From Chrysomallon squamiferum (Eukaryota; Animalia; Mollusca): a DNA stretch of 64,000 nucleotides. Both the position numbers and the translations under genes were made by a program. The stretch lies in the NCBI GenBank assembly GCA_012295275.1, contig CM022677.1, positions 6,696,001 to 6,760,000 of the forward strand. Reading direction: 5' to 3'. Below are positions 12,150 to 28,199 of the stretch, one piece after another. The notes beneath the pieces are model-generated. The model was not told the origin of the DNA. It saw only the letters and a program-made list of their open reading frames with translations, and did not search any database. Position 1 is the first letter of the stretch. Each line of letters begins with the position of its first letter.

Positions 12150-12460
12150 ATAGGTCAGTAGTTCAGTAGATTGATATGTAGATATATGTAGATAGTTATC
12201 TAATAGACATCAGACACAGAGAGACAGATAGGTAGGTAGGTCAGTAGTTCAGTAGATTGATATGTAGATATATGTAGATAGTTATCTAATAGATATCAGA
12301 CACACAGAGGGACAGATAGGTCTGTAGGTCAGTAGTTCAGTAGGTTGATATGTAGATATATGTAGATAGTTAACTAATAGATATCAGACAGAGAGGGACA
12401 GATAGGTAGGTAGGTCAGTAGTTCAGTAGGTTGATATGTAGATACATGTAGAGAGTTATG
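12150..12460. repeat. ~86-88-bp tandem repeat, about 3.5 copies, in a GATA/GTAG-rich tract
   Basis: GTCAGTAGTTCAGTAG occurs at 12154, 12240, 12328 and 12414. Confidence 0.85.
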
Positions 12461-12989
12461 TAGCAGACAGACAGATAGGTGTAGACAGGTATGATGGTAA
12501 TGTGGAAGACTATATATATATATATATATATATAGCTACAGGTGTAGGTATGTAAGCTGGAGCAGAGAATAGTATATAGAAGGAAAAGTCGCTTGTCTTT
12601 TTTGAAGAGTGAATATATTGAATAAATATGTGTGCAAACATACAGAACTATAGGGAGGTTTGAAGGTATGTAGACAAGAAGATGTTTAAATGACTGATAG
12701 ATGTTACTGATATATAAACTGTTAGGTAGGTTGATTATGTAGATAGAATGAGAAATTAGATATACATATAGAGATACATGTAGAAAGTGTGTGTGTGTGT
12801 GTGTCAGTGATTGACAAGGATCGCTAAATAAGGGAATTGTGAATGAGAGTTATAAATGGACAGTAACACAGAAAGATAGATATAAAACGTAGTTATAATA
12901 ATTTAGGGAGATAGTCAGGAAGATGAATATCTGATTCAATGGATTGTTATTGATGGATGGAGAAATATATATAGGGAGGCATTTCCTTA

Positions 12990-13189
12990 NNNNNNNNNNN
13001 NNNNNNNNNNNNNNNNNNNNNNNNNNNNNNNNNNNNNNNNNNNNNNNNNNNNNNNNNNNNNNNNNNNNNNNNNNNNNNNNNNNNNNNNNNNNNNNNNNNN
13101 NNNNNNNNNNNNNNNNNNNNNNNNNNNNNNNNNNNNNNNNNNNNNNNNNNNNNNNNNNNNNNNNNNNNNNNNNNNNNNNNNNNNNNNNN
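12990..13189. other. Assembly gap (200 N)
   Basis: Run of N characters. Confidence 1.
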
Positions 13190-13399
13190 CCATTTCTAAT
13201 TGTGTTTTAATTCTGTCTCCCGTTCTTTTTATTGTTTCGTTCTTTTCATTCGAATTATATTTGTTTTGTTTTAATTCTATCATAGTTCATAATACTATAA
13301 TAGCTGTAGCTTTCTTTTTTACATTTTCTTTTGCATGTTTACTCGTTTATTCCTTTCATTCTCTCATCCTTGTTCCACATCCCGCATTGTAATATTACT

Positions 13400-15633
13400 C
13401 TGTAGGGGAAGTGTACGTATACTGATCCTGTGACAGTTCTCAGCCTCTGATTGTTTGAAAGGTGTTTAGCCACAACTGTGTGATACCTCGATCAACATCG
13501 TGCATGTTGTGATATTAAAGACAGCGGAAATCAGCTGACGCGAAAAAAACAAAACAAAGAATAAATCTTATTTCAGCCATGTAAATTTATTTGTTTTGCT
13601 ATTTTTTGTGTTTGTGTAGTGGTATATAGATGCATATGTAGGATATATTATATATTTCTAGGTTAGGACGCAGTCTCTGCATATGGGGATCGAGGAAATT
13701 CGCCTTCCGAAAAATTAGATGAGGTAAAACAAATGTGTTCCTTTCGGTTCTGTTTCTTAGTAATTTGCTTCATAGAAATGGCTAGACTAGTCTCGATAAA
13801 CCACGATGTTTTGAATATACTTACCACTGAATGTTTTTTTCTTTTACTTCATCTTCTTTGTATTATTATTATTACTTTAAAGAACATTTGTATGAAAAAT
13901 GAGATGTGAGTGAAATATTAAAAAAAATTCAAATATTTCAAGATATATATTCTAATTATTAAAGGTATTACCTCACGTTTCAGACTTTATATAACACTTA
14001 TAATTATTCTTCAAAACTAGAAAAAATAAATGCTCTGAAAATTATCTATGAAGAAATTTATGTTTCCCGTCATGACACTTTTTGCTACAGTATAGTTACC
14101 ACATTCCTTCATAAAACGTGTTAAATGCAAAAGCAAAAATATGATGCTATATACATGTTGTTGAATAAAACATTCATTCCTTCTTTTTCTCATTAACAAA
14201 TATTATACTTATTATAAACAATAATAGGTGAAAATGTATATAGTAAATTAGTATTACTGTTATTGTTATGTTATTATTGCTATTTTTACTATTAATATAT
14301 TTTACTACTATTATTACTACTATTACTACTACTACTACTATTGTTGTTATTAAGGTTATTAATATTATTGATATTAATTTTTATCATCGTCATGATTAAA
14401 ATGTGATAAAAATAATTGAAATATCAACAAATGATAATAAGCAGAAAAAATGTGTTTGTCTGTCAAATGTAGATTGATAAAAAAAGATCATGTTTTTATT
14501 AAAATTAGTAAACTTTATACTTACTACTAATGTTAAATATTTTCTATAGGTCACTTCAGTATCATTGAGGTGCTGCCTAGAAAGTTAACTTACATCATGG
14601 AGAAGGATGAATCAGCTGTTTAAAGAAACCATTCTCATGCATTCTGAGTTGTGAGTTTATTTTATTTTGTGTCTTAGAGACAATTCTTAATTAACAATAA
14701 AGCAGTGTAATAATAATCAGTTATTTGCTGTTTTGTTAATTTTTATTTTTATTATTATTATTAACATTATCATTATAATGCTTTACTTGGTGCCATGGGA
14801 ATTCCCCTAAGTTGTAAATGTGTATCTGTCTCGGGCAGGTACTACTGTCATCTGTCACATCAATCACATATGGGTTAATACAATGAAACCAGCAAATATA
14901 TAAATAACTAGTTACCAGGTGTGTTTAGGGGACAGCGATGGTTCCACCATTCTGTCCTAACAAAAAATCTCCAGGCTTTTATAAGAAAAAAAGGGACTTG
15001 TTTAATTTGGCAACTTTGAACTTTGCCACTAGACGTGTATCGCCAGATCATTCTGTATAACAAGAACCTGTAACACTGAGGCATTTTGTTGATTCGGCAG
15101 ACAGAATCAGTAGTCAGGATACATGACTTTTACAGGTGGAAAATTCTTCCCTCACATTTGGTAACATTATTTATTAAAGGGATAAGCTAGGCAAAAAACC
15201 AAATCCGTTATCTTTTAGGTTATAGAACTGAAAAATGTGATTATTTTGTGGTAAATTTCTAGATGTTAAAACAAAAGAAGAAGAAGCATCATATTTTATG
15301 AGTATTTTAAAATGTTTGACTTTCCTGTTACCAGATGGAACTGTCAGCCTTCACACAGTGTCACTGTCCCTGTGATGACAGACACACTGAAATACATTGG
15401 AGATGGATGTACTGTAGCCATTGTCTATAATTTCTATTGGCTGCAGTCTCTCAATTTTCATGGTTTGTTTAATAGGCACAATTTTTGTAAATAAAATAAT
15501 ATATCAGATGGTATAACTTTAACATTTAGCATTAAATTTATGAATGTTAATATCTAGTAAGACAGATGTGTTGTTGTTGTTTTTAAATTTTATATTTCAT
15601 AATTGATAAATTCTTATTTTATTATTAGGTCAG

Positions 15634-15713
<80 letters not shown>

Positions 15714-17629
15714 GTTATTGAATATTTATTGCCTCATGGTTATTTATTTATTTTTCAGAGACATGTTTGAAAGATGGGTTCGGAACACTAATTCTTTATG
15801 TAATCTACACCTCATCAAAACATTCTGTGAACAGCATCTTACCATCTACTTTTTCCACTTGATAAAACTAACATCTTCTGAATGGTCAGGAAACAAACAG
15901 AAAGTAATTTTTGTGAGAGTTTTTAATTATGGTTCAGGATTTTACTTTAAAAAAATGTACATTACAAGCCAAAAATTGTATTAAATATTTTATTATATGA
16001 ATTTATGAAATTTGTTATTGTACTGGAAAAATTTATATTTGTAATATTCAGTTTTAGTGTACAGACTGATGAATGCTTTTACCTATGTAAATATATTTGT
16101 ATTATTTAAAATGGATGCTTTCAGGTTTTTTGAAGATCCTTATATAATGTCAGTATTTCAGAAGCTGCCAATAAAGAAAGTTAATATTAAAGGAATTTTT
16201 AAATGAGTGCTCCTCAGTTAAATTGTATGAAGATTTATTTCATCAGACAGCTTACATTGCAGGGTTTATTATTATTTGTATTAATGTTAATTCAGCATCT
16301 CGCTATGGTAATGGAAGTCAAATATCACGAAACACCAAGTACTCATTAGCTTTCACAAAACTGAGTTGAGATTCAGAACTAAACAAATCAAACTCTACTC
16401 CGTAAGTATTCACTTAATCATTTGTTAAATTTATAGTGATGGATAGACTGGCTCAGTGGTTAGAGTGCATGGCCAAGGTTTGTTGTGTTCCAGGATGTGT
16501 ATGTTTGTTTTTTGTGGAAAGGTAAATATTAAAAACAGATTTTTAGTTTGTCAGGCTGTCAGTTCACATTGCAGAAACAGGTTTTCTTTTTCATTAGCTG
16601 AATTGTTGTTTACCTTTAAAGATGCAAAGAAGTAGTAAAAACATGCTGTGTATGTTCTTAAATAAAATATTTCTTCTTTATTTTAGCCACATTTATATTT
16701 ATCAATAATTAGATTATAAATGAAGTGTTTCTAAAAGATACTAAATTTTTTAATGCAGTATTTACATTTATATTGTAGTATACAATCCGGATACCTTAGA
16801 ATACTTCATTATTTCCATATTTCCACTAGCTTTGTTTTATTCTTGTTTCTGGTGTCAACAATCATTATATTTTCTTGATCTTATTATTTTTTTAATTCTT
16901 CTTATATTTTTATTATTATTTTATTTATTTATTTGTTATTTGTTTTAATCTCTATATTTATTTTTCCATGATTGACATCATTCCTCAATACAAATATCTT
17001 TAACAGACTGAGTATGCCAGAATTATACACTAATTTATTCAGTCTGTGAAGTTTATATTCCTTATATCATTTATTTATAGATTAACTGAGTCATCATCTA
17101 TAAAATATTCCTGTATCATCATGTAAATGCCTCCATTTTAATCCTCTTCATCATCCTTATCATCATCATCAATTATAAATTATAAATTTAATATTACAGG
17201 GCTGTAATATCATAAATTAGCTTTTCTGTTAAATTTTATTTTAAATTTTTATTTGCAGATTAAATTAGTTTGCTCACTTGTTTATTACTGTTCTTATTTT
17301 CAAACCCTGCTAATTATTATTATTAATCTAAATTAAGCCATTGCTAAATTTAATGGACCAGAAATATTAAAATCTGTTATTCTCAGATTTATGTTTTTAA
17401 GTTTTATTCACATGTATTATTACATGTACAATCAAAACACTATCTAGAGCATTTAATGAATTTTCATAGAAAATTTGTTACTAAACTTAATAAGTGGTTA
17501 ATTGTTACAATAAATTAAAGATGCTATAAAGCATTCTTAGTGGTGGTATTTATAATGTAAAATCTGATCAATATCTAATTTTTTAGTATACATGTAATAT
17601 TCTATTTTGATTTTGATTTTCTTTCTTAA

Positions 17630-17685
<56 letters not shown>

Positions 17686-18914
17686 GTCACAAAATATTTT
17701 TTGTAAATCCAAATAATATAATACAATGTTTTTAAATTGATTATTTTGTTTTTGTTTTTCTGTTAGTTTCCTGCAATGTACTTACTCAAAATCGGCAGAC
17801 ATGGGGAGCACCTACAGAAGACCAGCATCTCCAGGTAAAGTAATAATAAACAGTACAACTTATACAATCTGTGTCATATGACAGTATCACAGTATTAATC
17901 TACCTGGTGATGCTGTCACATGACACAGATTGTACATATATTTCACTATTTCATTATTATTTTGAAATGTATGTTACATATTTATATAACCATTTAACAA
18001 ACCATATTTTTTATTTATTTTTATTTTTATTTTTTGTCAGATGTAATTCATGTGTTATCTATAAACCAGTAACACTAGGCATAATTGTTTTTCTTCTTTT
18101 TTGTAATTTTTTTTCTCACTAATATTTGAATATTGGCTGTGATACCAACAGCCTTACCTTGTTGTATTCAAATTCAGCTATAAGTTTTGGGAAAAGAAAA
18201 CAGAATCATGTGGGTTGTTCTTAACAGGTTTTTAGTAATATTTATATTATGTATATAATCAGCATACTTTTGCTGTTTTAACCTGTCAGGCCATCTGACC
18301 TTTGACCATGGACAGTGACTGGCCGATGCAATGTTTTAACGCAATAAGTGAACTGGAATATGGTCACATTGCGTGCTTTATCTTCTCTGTGACTTCTGAT
18401 GTTCCATATAAGGTGTGTCAGCCAAAGGGACGCAACTTGAGGTTTGTCTGCTTCAGCTTTTCGTTTCAGTTTTGGTTCACTGTTATTTGAGTTTTGGCTG
18501 CAGCTTGGAATAAACAACTTTTTCAGTCTTCACATTTTCAATGGATTGGTTAATTATACATATAAATATGAATATTTTTATTAAGTGTTTAAGAACATTA
18601 TTTCAGTCATTTCTGTATGGATAATGACAGAGTCAAAGGTGCTGTTTTGCTAAGTGAGAGATGATTCTTGCTTTATAAAACAAAATGTTCTCTTTTACAG
18701 TTTAAGAGTATGGTCTTGATGTGAAAGAATAAAAAGAAATACAATGTATAATATGTATGTAGAAATTTAAAGAATGTTTAGATGTACCAGTTTCTACAAC
18801 TGATTACATCTGGAAAGAGTTTCATATCAGCGGGCTTTGTGTTTGTAAACAAAACAAAACCTTTAAAAATCAGATAATTTCCCTTTAGTTGGCCCAATTA
18901 TCTATTAAAAATAT

Positions 18915-18968
<54 letters not shown>

Positions 18969-19420
18969 TTGTTAACCTTAAATATGCAAGTATGTAGATT
19001 TTGTATTTTTTGCCAATATGATAAAAAAATGCATGAATAGATTGTCATGCAAGTTTAATTTAAAAATGTTTTAAATATATGTAAATTTCCCTTTTGTCAG
19101 CTCCTGTCTAAAACAAAAATTAATTAAAAATAGATTGTATCAAAACATTTAAAATAAATTTTAAATGATATGAATTTCTCATTTGATGGCCTATAATCTA
19201 TTCAAATTTAATTATATGTAAACGTGCCCTTTGGAAACCTAGATCAGTAAAAACGTACACAAAAACATTGTAAAGGCACAAGCTGAATCTGAAATAATAT
19301 GCAAATGTGTTTTGTGGGCTGGTGTGAATAGTTACTTCATTATAAAGCAAACATCACGATGGGAAATGGTCGTTATCATGTTTAATGTTAATTTGTATGC
19401 AATAAAAAAAACATCCATTT
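13400..19420 (+). other. Second spliced-looking mosaic unit, probably non-coding
   Basis: Starts in a CpG-bearing stretch (CGGAAATCAGCTGACGCGAAA, ~13525). Exon-like pieces with ag/gt ends lie at ~13662-13723, 14550-14650, 15760-15903, 16296-16401, 17767-17834 and 18290-18412. 14550-14650 is paralogous to 59124-59204(-) (CATGGAGAAGGATGAATCAG), and ~13875-13920 to 7610-7655. AATAAA at ~19401. Confidence 0.4.
16447..16475 (+). mobile_element. tRNA-derived SINE head fragment
   Basis: TGGCTCAGTGGTTAGAGTG is a Pol III A-box/D-arm; no clear B-box follows. Confidence 0.4.
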
Positions 19421-20107
19421 CAGCTAAGAAAGTTGTTTATTTGTATTTCCTAATGAAGGAACCCAGTGAATAGGCGGAATTATTTATAATAATAATAATA
19501 ATAATAATAACACAGTAGTAATTATAATGATAATAATGGTAATTATAATAATAGTAATAGTAATAACAACAGTAAGGGTAATACAAATAAATATAATAAT
19601 AGTAATAATAATAAAAAAAATTATAAAATAATTCAAATTAATTCTCGTTATTCAGAAATAGCTAATGTGAAATTGTTATTTTTATTCTCTCTTGATAAAA
19701 TACTAAGTGAAGTAACAATATGTTTTTTTACAAAATCTGATAGTAGAGAAAAATAAGTTACATTTATTGTTGCTAATTCTAACAAATATTTCATTAAAAA
19801 CTGTAGATGTCAAAGTCCAAATTTGTCTAACGTTGTGGTGGAATTTAAGACTGTTTTGATTCTGCTGAAAATGTTAACTGGCTGCACATTGAGTTTGAAA
19901 TACTGTTCTTCACTTTAATTTCTGACTATATCCAAGCCCAAAAATTTAAAATAAATAAGTAAAATAAAAAAATTAATAAATAATAATTAATAATAATAAA
20001 TACAACAAATAAATAAAATAATTATGAAAAGAGATAGAAACACGTGAATGAGGCAGAGAATTAGACAGAGACAATTTAGAGACAACGAGACAGTGACAAA
20101 GACGGAC

Positions 20108-20452
20108 AAAGAATAAACAGAATATATAAATATATATATTTTATTAACGTTTTACTCAAAGAATAAAGAGAATATATAAATATATATATTTCATTAACGT
20201 TTTACTCAAAGAATAAAGAGAATATATAAATATATATATTTCATTAACGTTTTACTCAAAGAATAAAGAGAATATATAAATATATATATTTCATTAACGT
20301 TTTACTAAAAGAATAAATAGAATATATAAATATATATATTTCATTAACGTTTTACTCAAAGAATAAAGAGAATATATAAATATATATATTTCATTAACGT
20401 TTTACTCAAAGAATAAACAGATTATATAAATATATATATTTCATTAACGTTT
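20108..20452. repeat. 50-bp near-perfect tandem repeat, about 7 copies
   Basis: Unit AAAGAATAAAGAGAATATATAAATATATATATTTCATTAACGTTTTACTC. Confidence 0.95.
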
Positions 20453-20872
20453 CCTCATCTGTCATAGTAAAAATAAAAAAACATTCTCATAGATAAATGA
20501 GACAGTTCCACTTGTCACTTGTCATTGTGCATAGTGAAATTTCTACATATTTTTAATAATGTTTTTTGATTTTTTTTTGAAAAGAATAGTGATAAGCACT
20601 CAAAAAACATTACGAATAACCGCTTTACGATGGCAACGACGGCGACATTAATAGAAATAGTTTTTAACATTTAAAACTAACTTGAACGTACTCAGTAAAT
20701 AAAGACGAAACATGACCCCTATTTAAAACTCGGATTTAAAACATGTCTGTAGATCTCCAGTGAGATATCCAGTTTCATATTTAGTCATGTTTTTAAAACA
20801 TCCTTCTTTTTTAATTTATATTTTTATATTTGCACTTTTTGTTCGTGCGGTTGTTTCCCCTATTTTATTTTT

Positions 20873-20982
<110 letters not shown>

Positions 20983-21749
20983 TGAGTCTGTATGTATGAG
21001 AGAGATCTTTTCTTCTTCGATTCCGTTTCTTTCATGTTTTGATTTTAAAATCTTATGTTAGGCAGAATAAGAAGAATAAAATGAAGTAGAATAGTTGATG
21101 GCGCTTGGCACCTCCACTCCAAAACACAACAATGATCTGCATTAGCTGTTAATAATAAATTTATAACAAGAGAATAACTTTGTACTTCATTATATTATAC
21201 ACATTAATTATATTTTACAGACAGATATATAGATAGGGGAACATTAAAATACAATGTAAAATAGTTTTAAATTTTATTTTTAATCATATAAATATTTATT
21301 TCAGTTTTATTTTAATTACATATATGCAGCATTTTAATATCTAATCTTTCTATTATACGATTTCGAATTAGCAAAGTAAAATATCACGTTACGTTTAATA
21401 AAACGGACACTTCGAAGCGGTATTTGAATTTAGTTGCACAATGTTCTGCTGTATATATATATATAAATGATAATTCTACATGGCGTTATGAAAATAAGCG
21501 TTTTCATTACCTGTAAAAAGAAAAAGGTGAGAATTAATTGCTGGTTGAACAATGATATTTACAGTTTGTAGATTAAGTATGTTGAGAAAAGTTAATATTA
21601 TATTTTATTAATATCATATATTTATATCAGGTTATATTTTAAAATATCAGTTAATTCCCTGGAATCACGATAGTGTGTACTGATTAGCTGAGAATAAACG
21701 AATTAGTTATTTTATTATGCGAAATTTGATTTTTTTTTTCGTTACATAT

Positions 21750-22207
21750 ATTAAAAGGGATACATCAGCACAAGTTGTATAGGATAATATACTTTACATT
21801 TCAGATTACATCTGAAGTCGTCTTATTACATTAGGCATTAATACAAACGCTCCACCAGTAATAATCTATGTAACAATGAAGCAGACACCATATTTGTCCT
21901 GATTTTTTGTCAACAGCAGAACAATAACAACGATAATAATATCTTTATTTTTTATTTTGTTTTTATTTTTCTGTAAAAACGGAAGCTTCCTGTATATTTT
22001 TTACGCTATTCTCTTAGTTTCATTAGAACTGTTCTGAGTGCGGATATAAAAATTACTTCGAATTTTTTATTAGGCCTCGTAAAGTTATCAGAGAAATCAG
22101 ATTTATTCTTTGTTTATTGTTTCTGTCGAGATAAAAAATAAATACTTCTTTTTTAAAAAAGTATATGATAATGATAATAATGATTTATTTATAATGTAAT
22201 TACATGA
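21750..22207 (+). repeat. Dispersed duplication, direct paralog of 63545-64000
   Basis: Shared CGCTCCACCAGTAATAATCTA, ACGCTATTCTCTTAGTTTCATTAGAACTGTTCTGA and TTAGGCCTCGTAAAGTTATCAGA. Confidence 0.9.
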
Positions 22208-22613
22208 AAAATCGTGAACTTTTCGTAAAGCCACAGTTAACTAAAAATTATCGCTGTTTACACTGATAATGTTATCCATCGATAACAAAATAAGACACAA
22301 GTTTTTAAACGTCTATATTAGTTTTATGAGAAATTAAAATTACATTAATTAGAGATTATCAGTTATATTATTGAATAAACATGGAATTTCATTCTAGATT
22401 AACTTACTTTTCTTAGTGTTTAAAAAAAAATCTGATATATTCTTAATTACATAATTTGATAAATTTGAATTTTAGATTAATCATGTAATTTCATATAGGG
22501 AGAGATGTAAATTGTGTCGCGGAATGTCATGTTACTGCGGTCATAAAACAAAGTATCACACTGTGACACTGAAAGGTGCACAGTTAATTTTCAGTAATAT
22601 CAATACAATAGTA

Positions 22614-23538
22614 CAGTGGTTCTCAACTTTTGTTTTGTCAGTGGCACACCTTAGAACACATGAAAAAAGAGCGGCACACCTGGCTAAATATATATGAAAA
22701 ATATTTGAATTTTGTAAAGTCATAGACGGCATACAACCATAGACCCAGCCTAGTCATAGACACCTAGAATGACTCAAACTAAATAAAGAAAAACATAGCT
22801 ATACTTCACTGCGGTGTTTCGAATTTCGTCAGTCAAATAGCTGGCTTCTTTAGTGAGAAATTTGTGACTGGCTTTTTTTCATAATTTCCTCAATGTTTGG
22901 TCGAATATGAGACGGACACACCCTCATTTCTGCTTTCGTTGTAGTAATCTCTCGTGCTTCATGTTTTTGATGTTGCCTAATTCACATATATAAGGAGTTG
23001 AAAATTGTAATAAAATTGCTAAAACTCTTTTACATAATATGGGATACACCTCTTGTACTGAAATCCAAAATAATCAATGGGCAGAGTCGAATGTTTTAAT
23101 TTTAAGGTCATTAGAAAGTGCGGCCAATTCTTCTTCTTCCTGTAACTCAAGTTCAATGTTGGAAGAATGATTTATTAAAGGATCTCTAATCCAATCATAC
23201 TTTTCTGTCTTTAATGACGGAAATTTATTGTTGATGCTTTCGTCCAGGGCTGTCAGATGAGTAAACACAATAGGGATCACTTCTCTAATGCAGGTAGAAC
23301 GCAATAAAGGGAACATATAAAGGTTGACAGTGATTGCTCTTTTTTTTCCCAAATCACTATTTTCTTTTTGAGGGCAACTATCTTGTCTGTTGAAGGGAGA
23401 ATATTTTCGTTTTTACCTTGCATTCTACTGTTTGTTTTATTTTGGGATCACGTGGTTTTTCGCATTTTCTTAGTGTGCCGTTCAAAATTTTGCGGCACAC
23501 ATAGGAAGATCTCGTGGCACACTGGTTGAGAATCACTG
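22614..23538 (-). mobile_element. Internally deleted hAT Buster/Charlie (ZBED5/ZBED8-like) DNA transposon, 925 bp
   Basis: TIRs are CAGTGGTTCTCAAC ... GTTGAGAATCACTG (1 mismatch), with subterminal GCGGCACAC/GTGGCACAC motifs. Minus-strand transposase C-terminal remnants include YDWIRDP...EEEELAALSND, FWISVQEVYPILCKRVLAILLQFSTPYICE and EMRV...IRPNIEEI...QSQISH*. The flanks caatagta/aattaatg keep the nnnTAnnn core but the TSD is degenerate. Confidence 0.9.
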
Positions 23539-24159
23539 AATTAATGTTATACTAATCATGTTATAAGGCAGAATATTGATATCATTATTTACACCTCAAA
23601 GTATTTGTGTAAACTGTGTAAACAAATATAAATTGATTGACAAGATAAATATATGTAATTATTTAAAATCATATTACAAAAATCATTTTTAAAATCTCTA
23701 ATAATGCTTGAAGGAGGCACTGGATTGGAAAATGGATGAAAAACAAATACAAAATAAATAAATAAATGCATAGGTTAATTTATGTGTTTGTTGTGTATGT
23801 GTGTTTTTGTATGCAAATGTGTGCACCAACACACACCAATGTAAACACACATCATGGATTCATATATATTTTATTTATACTCGTCAATATTCAGTCGATT
23901 TTTACAAGCTTACCTCTATCAGATAGTGTGAAAGTGCATGTGTATGTATGTGAATGCACAGATAGATAGATAGATAAGATAGATCCTGAAGTCACTATCA
24001 GTAATTGCAATATATGATCACTAGATAAGTTTCTTTATTTTCAGTCAGTAAACAAAAACAATATTACTTTTTTAAACATTTAATTACCAGTTTAATCTTA
24101 AAAGCCCCTAGTGCCTGTACAAACTTCAGCCTGTGTTTATCAGTAGCTCCATCCATATG

Positions 24160-24445
24160 CAGGACAGACAGTCGGTGTGTGGGTGACTAGGGCAGGGGGG
24201 TGGGTAGGATAAAAACGGGTGAGCTTAAGGTCTCTGGACAGAAAAGGTGAGTTGAACACATGCCCTCCCGCCCTACCCCGGAAGCACGGGCTGTCTGCCA
24301 GGGGAAAGTGTTCTCACACATTTTTATCTCTCCACCCCCTGCCCTAGTCCCCCGCACGCCTGCTGTCTGTGCCCCCCCGTACCTTCACAAGCTGTCTGAG
24401 GGCGGGGCAGACAGCCGGCGTGAGGGGGACTAGGGCAGGGGGGCA
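24160..24445. repeat. GC-rich foldback island with three copies of a ~45-50-bp motif (+, -, +)
   Basis: CAGACAG.CGG.GTG.GGG.GACTAGGGCAGGGGG at ~24165-24215, its reverse complement at ~24321-24372, and a direct copy at ~24405-24443. Confidence 0.75.
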
Positions 24446-24759
24446 TGCGTTTTTATTTCTTATACTATTTGTTTTATTGTTCTGCTGTTACAATCTTCTA
24501 TTCTGTGAATACTTTTTTTATTAGAATTATTTTCTCTTAACTTGGCTGAATAATTAAACAGCATTTTTGAGCACTTAACTAAACGAATTAAATGAAATAC
24601 AAATCTAAATTAGAAAATATATCATTATTATATTTTCCTTTTTCAAAATTTGTTTTGTTTTTGTTAATGCTGTTATCATTATTGTTATATTCATTACTGT
24701 TATTAATGGACAACAGAGTTATTTCCCTTAGACTACTTTGTCTATGAAATTGTAGTAGT

Positions 24760-26350
<1,591 letters not shown>

Positions 26351-26584
26351 TATAGACAGACGTGTGTGTACTTAAGAATAAGTTTTCTAGTTAGACTGTA
26401 AAACTGATGACGTAATCGAGACCTCGCGTGACACTTTGCGTCTGCTACAAATAATATCGAATGGTAATTTTAAATAAGAAATATTTACTTTTTGACAGTA
26501 CTATACAAAACCAAAGCAGATATCAAACGATGAAACTTACAGAGCCTTCAGTGATAGGTCTAGGGTCCTGTAAAATGTACATTG

Positions 26585-26611
26585 ATTTTTATTTTCATAA
26601 ATAATAGAAAA

Positions 26612-26644
<33 letters not shown>

Positions 26645-27605
26645 GTAATTTTAATTAGTTTGATTTCAGTTGGCACCATAAAGAATTATCTATATTTATT
26701 TATTTATTTATTTATTTTTGTGAAAGTTTCCAAAACTAAAACAATTTTACAATCAACATTGCAAAAGTAATTTGAAATAATTAATTTTAAAACTGAAACA
26801 ATACGTTTTATAGGAGATACACAGAAAGTATATAAACTGTTAGGGAGATGTACATAAAGAAATTGTTAAAGCTTTATAGAATGTATGGATTGGTAGAGAA
26901 ACAGATGAACAGATGTGTGTATATGTATGTGTGTGTGCATGTGTGTGTGTTTATGTTTGCGTGTGTGTGCAGAAGGAAATTTGTGTTTTGTATGTTTCCA
27001 GAGGGCATGGTAGGAGAAATAGATGCAGAGAGAGAGAGGCAGATGTGAATATGAAGGGATGAGTTGGTACATACATGTTATCTGTGAGAAAGAGTTAATG
27101 TGTTTGTTGTCAAATAACTGCTGCATGTGAAAGACAGTGTCCTTGTTTATGTATAAATAAATACAAATTCCAAGTATTTTGAACGTTGTTGTCTTTTCAA
27201 AAATGACATAAAAATAGAGATTAAAAACAGAATTATTAATTGGATTATTTTAATGATTTATTATTATATGATTGTCCTGATTTTAATTGTTAAATTGTTT
27301 GAAAGATATTTGAAAATAGCCGAAATTAATCAGATTAAAAAATAATTTTATCACCAAATAATATTAAAACCAAGTATTTTTTAAAACAGATTTGCAGTAA
27401 TTTTTATTTTAAAGAAAATGAAAATGAAATTATCTAAGTCTATAATAATAATAATAAAATATGAATGATTAAAATTTAGTTTGCTTGATTATGGCTTCAT
27501 TATGACAGTCTATGACATCAAATAAAAGTGAAATGGGTTCATCGTACAAAATCTTAAAGGCATATGTCACTATAATTCATTATTATAATGCATTGTTAGA
27601 AATGT
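26585..27605 (+). repeat. Duplication block A, high-identity direct paralog of 53220-54110
   Basis: Long near-identical runs, e.g. TTTATAGGAGATACACAGAAAGTATATAAACTGTTAGGGAGATGTACATAAAGAAATTGTT and AACCAAGTATTTTTTAAAACAGATTTGCAGTAA. Confidence 0.95.
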
Positions 27606-27800
27606 GGGGTTTAGTTTTATCTTATAATTCTATTGTAATTATATTTGCTGTTTAACAAAATTCATTTTGATTAGTAACATCGTGCAGAGTGATCTTGACT
27701 GCTCAAGATGTATAGTGTATATGTTGTATACAAATGCATTGTTTTTACTCAAGATAAATAACTGTAACGTGTTTGTAAATATACAAAAAAGACTGAGTAT

Positions 27801-27858
<58 letters not shown>

Positions 27859-28199
27859 AAATGTTGTTTTCATAAACTCAAACAAGAAATTTATATATAT
27901 GTAATGATTATGTCAGGTTATCTTTTGCTAGCTGACAACAAATACAGAAGATGTTGATCAGTATACATAATAAAAATAAAAACATTCAAAGACTCTGCTT
28001 TATGTTTTTCTTATATTTTTTAAAATTATTTGAATGTGCCTTATCATTTTTTATGTTAAGAAACTGAAACAACTTCAGCATGATTTTCTATTTTGATTAT
28101 TGTTTTTAGATAAGATGCAATGGGTTTGAATTTGTAGATGTCAGGATTTAAAACAGTTAAGAACAAATAATGTTTTTGTATTAAAAAACATTATTTGTT

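Noticed and set aside
12944-13283. ORFs spanning X residues
   Set aside because: Artefact of the 200-N gap.
14960-15170. TNFR-like Cys motif (C..TTDSVC) on the minus strand
   Set aside because: A single short motif with stops and no supporting repeat or splice sites.
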